Shown: positions 13,143 through 22,850 of the stretch, piece after piece
How the letters are laid out: each line of letters opens with the position of its first letter
Position numbering within the stretch: the stretch's first letter is position 1
DNA from: Paramoeba atlantica
Lineage: Eukaryota > Protista > Discosea
NCBI GenBank assembly: GCA_977017575.1
Contig: CDRNVI010000132.1
Location: 1-25,807, forward strand
DNA: 25,807 nucleotides
Reading direction: 5' to 3'
The notes under the pieces: generated by a model
What the model was told of the DNA's origin: nothing
Seen by the model: the letters and a program-made list of their open reading frames with translations, nothing else
Database searches by the model: none
Program-made: the position numbers and the translations under genes

Positions 13143-14641
13143 ATGGACGCTAATAATCAGCAAAATAATATTTATTTTGGAATTGTAATTAAAGTTAAGG
13201 ATGGTATTGCAACAATTAAAGGATTAGAAAACGCTAAAGCAGGAGAAGTTTTAGAATTTTCTAGTGGTGCTAAAGGATTAGCATTAAACTTAGCTGAAAA
13301 TGAAATTAGTTCTGTTATTTTTGGTAATGAACAATTAATTAAACAAGGGGTTCGAGTCAAAAATACAGGTAAATTAATGACTATTAATATTTCTTCTAAA
13401 TTATTAGGTAGAGTTATTAATGCTATAGGTGAGCCTATAGATAATGATACAGCTATTGCTGCAACAGAAGTTAAAAATGTTGAGCAAAAAGCAGTAGGTA
13501 TTATCGCTAGACAATCTGTTCATGAACCTATGTTAACAGGTATGAAATCTATAGATTCTTTAATTCCTATAGGTCGTGGTCAACGTGAATTAATTATTGG
13601 TGATAGACAAACAGGTAAAACTTCTATAGCTGTCGATACTATTATTAATCAATTAAATTATAATAATAATGTTGATTTTAAAAATGTTAATTTATATTGT
13701 GTTTATGTAGCTATTGGTCAAAAAAAATCAACAGCTGCTAGAATATTTAGTACTTTACAATCATTTCAATCAGCGCAATATACAGTTATTGTAAGTGCAT
13801 TTGCTTCTGAATCTGCATCATTACAATATTTAGCACCTTATGTAGGTACTTCTATAAGTGAGTATTTTAGAGATAATAAAAAACATTGTGTCATTATATA
13901 TGATGATTTAACTAAACATGCTGCCGCTTATAGACAAATGTCTTTATTATTAAGAAGACCACCAGGTAGAGAAGCTTATCCAGGAGATGTTTTTTATTTA
14001 CATTCTAGATTATTAGAAAGATCTTCTAAATTATCTACTAAATTAGGTTCAGGTTCAATAACCGGTTTACCTGTTATTGAAACTTAGAAGGAGATGTTTC
14101 GGCTTATATTCCAACTAATGTTATATCTATTACAGATGGTCAAATATTTTTAGATACTGAACAATTTTATTCAGGTATAAGACCAGCAGTAAGTGTTGGT
14201 TTATCGGTTAGTAGAGTTGGTGGAGCTGCACAACCTAAATTAATGAAATCATTAGCAGGTTCTTTAAAGGTTGGTTTAGCCCAATTTAGAGAAGTTGAAA
14301 GTTTTGCTAGTTTAGGTTGTGATATAGATCCTGTTACTCAACAATTATTAGATCGTGGTTATAGATTAACTGAATTATTTGTACAAAGTAGATTTAATAA
14401 TTATTCATTAGATTTATCTTTATTATCAGTTTTTGCAGGTTCTAAAGGTTTTTTTGATAAATTAGCTATAAATAAAATAAATGGTGTATTTGAAGAAATG
14501 GTTTTAGAAAGTAAAAAATTATTTTGATTACCTTTTTTTCAATTTTTAAATGATGTAATTCATCCTGATAAAGTTGGTCTAAATTATAACTTTTTAGAAA
14601 GTTTTTTAGGCTCTTATAATAAATGATGTATTAATATTTAA
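13143..14641 (+). CDS. atp1: F1 ATP synthase alpha subunit, with one -1 frameshift at ~14083-14087
   Basis: Walker A GDRQTGKT and [23 protein letters not shown]. After [26 protein letters not shown] continues in the -1 frame; TAA at 14639-14641. Confidence 0.98.
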
Positions 14642-14646
14642 AAAAA

Positions 14647-15666
14647 ATGATTAATTTTGTAAATAATATAATTTTTTCAAATTTAGAGGCAGATTATGCT
14701 TTACCTGGACAATTAGGTTTTCAATACCCAGCTAATACTATAGCTCGAGGAATTATTGATTTGCATAATCATATTATGTTTTTTTTAGTTTTTATTGTTG
14801 TATTTACTTTTGCTATGATTTATTTCACTTTAAGTACATTTACAATAAATAATAATAGTAATTTAGAGATTTTTAATAAAGTAAAAAATTTTTATAATGT
14901 AAGAATTTCGCATAATACATTATTAGAAACTCTTTGAATTATAATACCAAGTTTAATATTAATATCTATAGCAATACCGTCTTTTGCTTTATTATATGCT
15001 ATGGAAATATCTGGTGTAAGTCTGTTAACAATGAAAGTTACAGGACATCAGTGATATTGATCTTATTCTTTTGTATTTAGTTTAGATAATCCTCAAATTG
15101 TATATGATATTGCGAGTAATACAAATATAGAGTTAGGAGGTTCTTTTTCAAATAATATAGCTGAATTTAGTTTCGATAGTTATATGGTACCTACTAATGA
15201 ATTATCAGATAAAGGTTTACGTTTATTAGAAACTACAAATCCAGTAGTATTGCCTGTAGATACTTTTATAAAAGTATATGTAACAGCTAGTGATGTATTA
15301 CATTGTTGAGCTGTCCCTTCATTAGGTATAAAAATAGATGCTTGTCCTGGTAGGTTAAATCAGGTAAATTTATTTATAGATAGAATTGGTCATTTTTATG
15401 GTCAATGTAGTGAATTATGTGGTGTAAATCATGGTTTTATGCCTATTGAAATATATAGTATAACTAAATTAGATTATATTACATATTTATGTTTAGCTTG
15501 TGAAGATTTTAGAAATAATTCGTTTAATCAACTAATAAATTATTATCATTATTTTTATGAAGATGGAAGTAATGCTATTGTTTTTACTAGAGGTTTCTAT
15601 GATTGATGACAAGATCAACTTAATTTATCAATAAAAGAATTTTTAAATAAAGAAAATAGTATATAA
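14647..15666 (+). CDS. cox2: Cytochrome c oxidase subunit 2 (339 aa, with insertions and C-terminal extension)
   Basis: [31 protein letters not shown] and CuA motif [13 protein letters not shown]. Confidence 0.99.
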
Positions 15667-15669
15667 AAT

Positions 15670-16537
15670 ATGATTAATAAATTTAAACATTTTCATTTTT
15701 GACATATTGTAACAATTAGTCCATGACCTTTATTATTATCTATGTTTGCATTATCAATGCCAGTAGGTTTAGTAACTTTTTTTCAAGGATTTTATTATGG
15801 TGTACCTGTATTTTTTATAGGTTTAATTATGGTAATATTTATTATATGTTTATGATTTAGAGATATAGTAATTGAAGCAAGTTATGAAGGTCATCATACT
15901 AAACAAGTTCAATCAAGCTTAATTATAAGCTTTTTACTTTTTATTTTTTCAGAAGTAATGCTTTTTGTAGCTTTTTTCTGAGCTTTTTTTCATTCAAGTA
16001 TTTTTCCTACAGTAGAATTAAATTGTAGTTGACCTCCCGTAGGAATGAGTGAAATAATTATGGATCCTTTTGGTATTCCTTTATTAAATACTTTATTATT
16101 ATTAACATCAGGTGCTACTTTAACTTTAGCACATTTATATTTAAAACAAGGATATATGGATAAATGTTTATTAACTATGGTTGTTACAATTGTATTTGCT
16201 GTATTATTTTTATCTTTTCAGTTTTATGAATATAGTGTTTCTGCTTTTGATATTTCAGATGGTGTTTATGGTTCAACTTTTTTTTGTTGTACGTTTACAT
16301 GGTTTTCACGTTATTGTTGGTACTATAGCTTTAAGTATGACTACTTATCGTATATATTTATCACATTTTTCACGTAATCACCATTTAGGTTTTGAATTTG
16401 CAGCTTGATATTGACATTTTGTTGATGTAGTATGATTATTTTTATATATGATTATATATTGTTGAGGTAGTGATATGGTAGCTCCTCTTATATTAGAATT
16501 AAAAGATGGAAAAGAGAATATTTTTTATTTAGTATAA
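15670..16537 (+). CDS. cox3: Cytochrome c oxidase subunit 3, with one frameshift at ~16278-16295
   Basis: SPWP, PLLNTLLLLTSG, DGVYGSTFF, then LHGFHVIVG and AAWYWHFVDVVWLFLY in a shifted frame. Confidence 0.97.
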
Positions 16538-16544
16538 ATTTACA

Positions 16545-18206
<1,662 letters not shown>

Positions 18207-18222
18207 TAATTTTACTAATATA

Positions 18223-18296
18223 ATCCCTCTGGTCTAATTGGTTAAGACATATCACTCATAATGGTACTGATATAGGTTCAAGTCCTATGGGGGATA
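18223..18296 (+). tRNA. tRNA with CAU anticodon (Ile2/lysidine type more likely than Met)
   Basis: Cloverleaf with acceptor ATCCCTC/GGGGGAT, anticodon arm TATCA-CTCATAA-TGGTA and T arm ATAGG-TTCAAGT-CCTAT. Confidence 0.85.
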
Positions 18297-18297
18297 A

Positions 18298-18369
18298 ATA
18301 GTTGTAGTGTAGTGGTTAACATATTAGTCTTCAAAACTAATGACATAGGTTCAAATCCTATCAACTGTG
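18298..18369 (+). tRNA. trnW: tRNA-Trp(UCA)
   Basis: Anticodon arm TTAGT-CTTCAAA-ACTAA; acceptor ATAGTTG/CAACTGT with U-G at 2:71. Confidence 0.95.
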
Positions 18370-18401
18370 TTAATTATAGATGATATAATTAAATATAATA
18401 A

Positions 18402-18473
18402 AATAGGGTGACTGAAAGGTAAAGTATTGTTTTTTGGCAGCAAATCGTGTAGGTTCGAGTCCTACTCCTAAGT
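18402..18473 (+). tRNA. trnQ: tRNA-Gln(UUG)
   Basis: Anticodon arm TTGTT-TTTTGGC-AGCAA; acceptor AATAGGG/TCCTAAG mismatched at bp 1 and 2. Confidence 0.88.
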
Positions 18474-18486
18474 ATTAAAATTTTTT

Positions 18487-18559
18487 TTAAGGATAGTATA
18501 AATGGTTATTATAATTGATTGCAAATCTATAGATATCGGTTCGAGTCCGTTTCCTAACT
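18487..18559 (+). tRNA. trnC: tRNA-Cys(GCA)
   Basis: Anticodon loop TTGCAAA; acceptor TTAAGGA/TCCTAAC mismatched at bp 1 and 3. Confidence 0.88.
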
Positions 18560-18586
18560 TTTTTAAATTTAATATAAATATAATAA

Positions 18587-18659
18587 ATACCTATAGTTTA
18601 ATTGGTTAAAACATGCATTTGATAAGTGCAAATTGATAGTTCGAGTCTATCTGGGGTTA
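18587..18659 (+). tRNA. trnI: tRNA-Ile(GAU)
   Basis: TGCAT-TTGATAA-GTGCA; acceptor ATACCTA/TGGGGTT mismatched at bp 2 and 3. Confidence 0.93.
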
Positions 18660-18668
18660 TAAATAAAA

Positions 18669-18741
18669 AAATAGTTAGCTCAATTGGTAGAGCATCGGCC
18701 TTTTAAGCTGAGGGTTATAGGTTCGAGCCCTATACTATCTA
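18669..18741 (+). tRNA. trnK: tRNA-Lys(UUU)
   Basis: TCGGC-CTTTTAA-GCTGA; acceptor AAATAGT/ACTATCT mismatched at bp 2. Confidence 0.95.
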
Positions 18742-18747
18742 TAAAAA

Positions 18748-18820
18748 TATGGAATGGTGTAATAGGTTAGCACATCGAGTTGTGATTTCGATAGTATGAG
18801 TTCAAGTCTCATTTCTTACC
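18748..18820 (+). tRNA. trnH: tRNA-His(GUG)
   Basis: TCGAG-TTGTGAT-TTCGA, discriminator C73; acceptor TATGGAA/TTCTTAC mismatched at bp 1-3. Confidence 0.92.
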
Positions 18821-18886
18821 TAAATTAAGAATAATAAAATTAATAAAATATATATTTTATTAAAATTTTTTTATTAATTTGTAAAG

Positions 18887-18960
18887 ATAGATGTGATGGA
18901 ATTGGTAGACATATTAGTTTTAGGCACTAAATTTTAGGGGTTCGAGTCCCCTCATCTGTA
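18887..18960 (+). tRNA. trnL: tRNA-Leu(UAG), short variable loop
   Basis: TTAGT-TTTAGGC-ACTAA; acceptor ATAGATG/CATCTGT with U-G at 2:71. Confidence 0.92.
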
Positions 18961-18994
18961 TTGTATGTATAAAAAAAGAAAAAATATTTTTTAT

Positions 18995-19065
18995 AAGGAT
19001 GTAGTTTAAAGGTAAAATATCTATTTTGGGTGTAGACGTTATAGGTTCAAATCCTATCGTCCTGA
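18995..19065 (+). tRNA. trnP: tRNA-Pro(UGG)
   Basis: TCTAT-TTTGGGT-GTAGA; acceptor AAGGATG/CGTCCTG mismatched at bp 1 (A opposite G72). Confidence 0.94.
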
Positions 19066-19078
19066 TAATTATAATAAC

Positions 19079-19152
19079 AAGGAGGTAGCTTAATAGGCTA
19101 AAGCTTTAACCTGTCGAGTTAAAAGATGAGGGTTCGAATCCCTTCCTCCGCA
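19079..19152 (+). tRNA. trnD: tRNA-Asp(GUC)
   Basis: TTAAC-CTGTCGA-GTTAA; acceptor AAGGAGG/CCTCCGC mismatched at bp 1 and 2. Confidence 0.94.
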
Positions 19153-19452
19153 TAAAATATAATAAAATATGTTTATTTTATTACTATATAATCAAGATGT
19201 TTTGTATATAAAATATAAAATATTATCTATTATATCTATTATATCAATTTATGATAAATGTACATTTACCATATGAAATAACAGTCATAAAACATACATA
19301 TTTTACTTAAAATTTTTTTAAAAAGAGAAAAAATTATAAAATAAATAATTATAGTAATTTAAAAGATTTTATTTTTTTAATAAAATAAAAAATTAGTAAA
19401 TTAATATGATTATTTATTTTAGATATATCTTACTTTAATAATATATGATTTA

Positions 19453-19524
19453 TTTTTCTTCGTCTAATGGTTAGGACATTGCTCTTTCACAGCAGAAATA
19501 AGGGTTCAAATCCCTTAGAAATGA
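19453..19524 (+). tRNA. trnE: tRNA-Glu(UUC)
   Basis: TTGCT-CTTTCAC-AGCAG; acceptor TTTTTCT/AGAAATG with U-G at bp 1 and U-U at bp 2. Confidence 0.92.
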
Positions 19525-19625
19525 AATTATTTTATCCGTATTAATTTAATTTAATAAAATTTTTTTGTAAATTTTTGAAATCTATTATACACTGATTTAA
19601 GTATATTATTTGTCACATATAATAA

Positions 19626-19644
19626 GGGGGGTTTGGGGGGTTTG
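19626..19644. other. Isolated G-rich motif G6-T3-G6-T3-G in the non-coding gap of the tRNA cluster
   Basis: Directly visible GGGGGGTTTGGGGGGTTTG in otherwise extremely AT-rich spacer. Confidence 0.9.
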
Positions 19645-19698
19645 TATAAGAGATAATATTTTATTTTCATATACAAAAATTTTTATTAATTATTTTTT

Positions 19699-19781
19699 AA
19701 TGGTGTGATGGAATTGGTAAACATGATAGACTTAAAATCTATTGCCTTTTAGGCTTGAGGGTTCGAGTCCCTCCTCCAATA
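19699..19781 (+). tRNA. trnL: tRNA-Leu(UAA), long variable arm
   Basis: ATAGA-CTTAAAA-TCTAT, variable arm GCCT-TTT-AGGC; acceptor AATGGTG/CTCCAAT mismatched at bp 2 and bp 6. Confidence 0.93.
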
Positions 19782-19799
19782 ACGATGAGTTAATTATTT

Positions 19800-19872
19800 T
19801 TTAAGATGGAGTAATAGGTTAACTCAGTGGTCTCATGAGCCACAGATGTAGGTTCGAGTCCTACTCTTCTTA
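19800..19872 (+). tRNA. trnM: tRNA-Met(CAU)
   Basis: GTGGT-CTCATGA-GCCAC; acceptor TTTAAGA/TCTTCTT mismatched at bp 1-3. Confidence 0.88.
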
Positions 19873-19971
19873 TATAATTACGTAAATATTATTATGGATT
19901 ACATTTGAATATGTAATCAATTTTGAATTTTTATTAATTAGTAAAATATATGTATAAAAATATTTTCGAAA

Positions 19972-20211
19972 ATGGCAGGACAAGAAATTATGTTAATTTT
20001 TGCAAAAAAAGTAGGTGCTGGTTTAGCTACTATAGGTTTAGCAGGTGCTGGAGTAGGTATAGGAATAGTTTTTGGAGCTTTTTTAATTGCTTATTCACGT
20101 AATACTACAATTAAAAACGATTTATTTGGTTATACTTTATTAGGTTTCGCATTAACAGAAGCAATTGCTCTGTTTGCCCTAATGATGGCTTTCTTAATCT
20201 TATATACTTAA
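19972..20211 (+). CDS. atp9: ATP synthase subunit c (start may be the ATG at 19990)
   Basis: [21 protein letters not shown] glycine repeat and [12 protein letters not shown] with the proton-binding Glu. Confidence 0.99.
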   Translation: MAGQEIMLIFAKKVGAGLATIGLAGAGVGIGIVFGAFLIAYSRNTTIKNDLFGYTLLGFALTEAIALFALMMAFLILYT

Positions 20212-20238
20212 TCAACCTATTTTTGTTGTTTTGTATTT

Positions 20239-20312
20239 AATTGGTTAGTTTAATTGGTTAAAATTATGATCTTCTAAATCATTAGATATAGGTTCGAGTC
20301 CTATACCAATTA
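20239..20312 (+). tRNA. trnR: tRNA-Arg(UCU)
   Basis: ATGAT-CTTCTAA-ATCAT; fully paired acceptor AATTGGT/ACCAATT. Confidence 0.95.
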
Positions 20313-20320
20313 TAATTTTT

Positions 20321-20401
20321 TATAGTGTGGCTGAGCGGTAAAGCGGTAGACTGTAAATCTATTGTATTTATACATCGTAGGTTCGAATCCTACCACTTCC
20401 A
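20321..20401 (+). tRNA. trnY: tRNA-Tyr(GUA), long variable arm
   Basis: GTAGA-CTGTAAA-TCTAT; acceptor TATAGTG/CACTTCC mismatched at bp 1-3. Confidence 0.95.
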
Positions 20402-20469
20402 TTTGATTAAAATATATAATAATGTTGAATAATTTTTAAACAAATCATTTTAAAATTTTTTTATAAATT

Positions 20470-21458
20470 TAAAATAGTATTAAACGGATATCTTGCCAAT
20501 AATAAGTTTATAGACGTTTTAAAACGTAATGTGAAAGTAAAATAATAATAATTTTTCAATATTCACGTATCTAAAGGGAAAACCCAATTAAATTAAATAA
20601 TTAAAGAATATCTAATGAATTGAATCATCTTAGTAATTAGTTAAAAAAAATAAAAATGATATTATTAGTAGTGGCGAGCGAAAATAAAATAGCTAAATTA
20701 AACAATAATATAAATAAAAAATATAATAATTTGGAATAATTAACAAAATAAGTAATAGTCTTGTTATTTTTTATTATTATTATTGGTTTTGAGTAAAATA
20801 AAAACTAAATTTGTTTGAAGATTAGAGTACCATCTCTAAAGGCTAAAGAATTATTATTGAGCGATAGTGAAAAAGTACTGTGAAGGAAAGATGAAAAGAA
20901 ATTTTTTAAAAATGTTGAAATAGATTTTGAAATTTAATACTAAATAGCACTTTAAGCATAAATAATTATATGTTAAAAGGTACCTTTTGCATAATGGGTC
21001 AGTGAGTTAATTATTGTAGCAAAATAAAAAATTATTAAATTTTTTAATTGTAATTAATATATTTATAGTTATAATAATTAGACCCGAAACCAAGTGATCT
21101 AGTCATGGGCAGATTGAAGTTAATTAAATATTAATGGAGGATCGAACCCGTTTATGTTGCAATATATTGGGATGACCTATGATTAGGGGTGAAAGGCTAA
21201 TCAAACTTGGAGATAGCTGGTTTTCTACGAAATCTATTTAAGTAGAGATGAAATTTAAATTTATATAAGGTAGAGCTACCATATTGGGTTGTCGAATCCA
21301 TATGAACTTCAAATAAATATAAAGTAAAAATTTTAATTTCGATATATGGCGAAAAGGTTGTATATCAAGAGGGAAAGAGCCCAGATTATAAATTAAGGTT
21401 TCTAAATTAATATTAAGTTAAAAAGTATATTATAATATTAACAATGAATAGGAGGTAG

Positions 21459-21492
<34 letters not shown>

Positions 21493-22772
21493 CAGCTCAC
21501 TATTGATAGATATTTATATACAAAAATATAACGAAAATAAATATTATACCGAAATTATAAAATATTATTTAAAATAATAATATTGGTAGTAGAACGTTTT
21601 ATAAAAGAAAAAAAAAATTGTTAAATTATAAAATTAAAATTGAATATACTGGCATAAGTAGCAAAAATAATGTTATAAACATTATCATCTAAAAATCTAA
21701 GGTTTCTAATGTCAAGATAAACTGCATTAGGTTAATCGGTCCCTAAAATGAATATGATAGTAATAATTGAAGGGTAGTTAAAGAGTTATAAGGATAACAT
21801 AATATTTTTAACGTTATTAGTAGATGACAGTTTATTTTTTAAATATTTTAGGATCAAATTTTAATAAATATAGTAAAACATTGTGTGATATATTCGAATA
21901 TATTGATTGAAATATTTAAAAAATAAATTCAAGAAAGAATACTAATATATAAAACCGTACTAAATCCTACACAGGAGGATTAGTAGAGAATACTAAGATG
22001 AATAATTGAATAATATCGAAGGAACTCGGCAAATTAACTCTGTAACTTCGGGAGAAAGAGTATTTTTATATATACATTATATGTATATAAAAATGTAACA
22101 GAATAGAGGATGGCGACTGTTTAACAAAAACACAGGACTTTGCAAAATTAATTAATGATGTATAAGGTCTGACACCTGCCCGGTGCTATAAAGGTAATTG
22201 TTATTGTTAATATATTATTTAATGTATTAGCTTTATATAGAATGAATAGTAAACGGCAGCTGTAAATATAACGGTTCGAAGGTAGCGAAATTCCTTGTCG
22301 AGTAAGTTTCGACCTTGCATGAATGGTGTAACGACTATCCTACTGTCTCCGGTATTATATTAGCGAAATTGAATTCTCTGTGCAGATGCAGCGTATTAAT
22401 AGCTAGACGGAAAGACCCTATGCACCTTTACTGCAGTTATATTTTGTTATTAAAAATTAAATTTATAGGATACAAACTAATCGTTTTAAAATTTTAATAT
22501 TAGTTAATTGTTTAGATAATCTTGGAATAGTTTGAATTTAATTTTTAAAACTTAATAATTTTTTATTGACAGAATATATTTGGTAGTTTCTCTGGGGCGG
22601 AGACCTCATAAAATGTAACTGAGGTGTACAAAGGTAATTAAAATTTTATTAGAAAATTTTGGCGTGTAATGGCTAAAAATTACTTAACTGTGAGATTTAC
22701 AAATCAAACAGAGATCTTTTTTATTAAAAAGGTCGGTCATAGTGATCCAATATAATTGAATGGAAAATAATC
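20470..22772 (+). rRNA. rnl: Mitochondrial large-subunit rRNA, 3'-truncated within domain V (both ends approximate)
   Basis: Colinear 23S landmarks: AGTAGTGGCGAGCGAA, GTACCTTTTGCATAATGGG, GACCCGAAACCAAGTGATCTA, AAGGAACTCGGCAAA, AAGGTAGCGAAATTCCTTGTCG, GACGGAAAGACCC, CTGGGGCGG and GGTCATAGTGATCC...GAATGGAA. Similarity then ends. Confidence 0.96.
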
Positions 22773-22850
22773 CTTTACAAGCTTCTCAGGTTTCTTGGAA
22801 TGATTTGGTATACACAAAATAAGTATTAAAGTGATAAGGTAGCTCTTCAT
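22773..22850 (-). pseudogene. 5' fragment of a bacterial gene with a signal-peptide-like N-terminus, cut at the junction
   Basis: Minus strand reads MKSYLITLILILCIPNHSKKPEKLVK from an ATG preceded by TAAAAATAAC (A-rich Bacteroidota-type start context), then runs into antisense rnl. Confidence 0.5.

Noticed and set aside
6461-13360. Minus-strand ORFs 6461-6655, 8366-8572 and 13172-13360, and off-frame ORF 9340-9561
   Set aside because: Antisense or shifted-frame shadows of nad11, nad1, atp1 and nad4.
14085-14087. TAG in atp1 as a reassigned or read-through stop codon
   Set aside because: Downstream homology ([10 protein letters not shown]) is in a different frame, so this is a frameshift. 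No CUA-anticodon tRNA is present in the window.
19169-19321. 50-codon ORF in the tRNA-cluster gap as atp8
   Set aside because: No MPQL motif or convincing single transmembrane helix; ORFs this short arise by chance in such AT-rich DNA.
22315-22497. 60-aa ORF
   Set aside because: Lies within conserved domain IV/V sequence of rnl.
22757-22769. TTGAATGGAAAAT at the junction resembling the TTGAAAATGGAAAAT heptamer array
   Set aside because: GAATGGAA is the conserved 23S sequence at this position, so the short match is explained without recombination.
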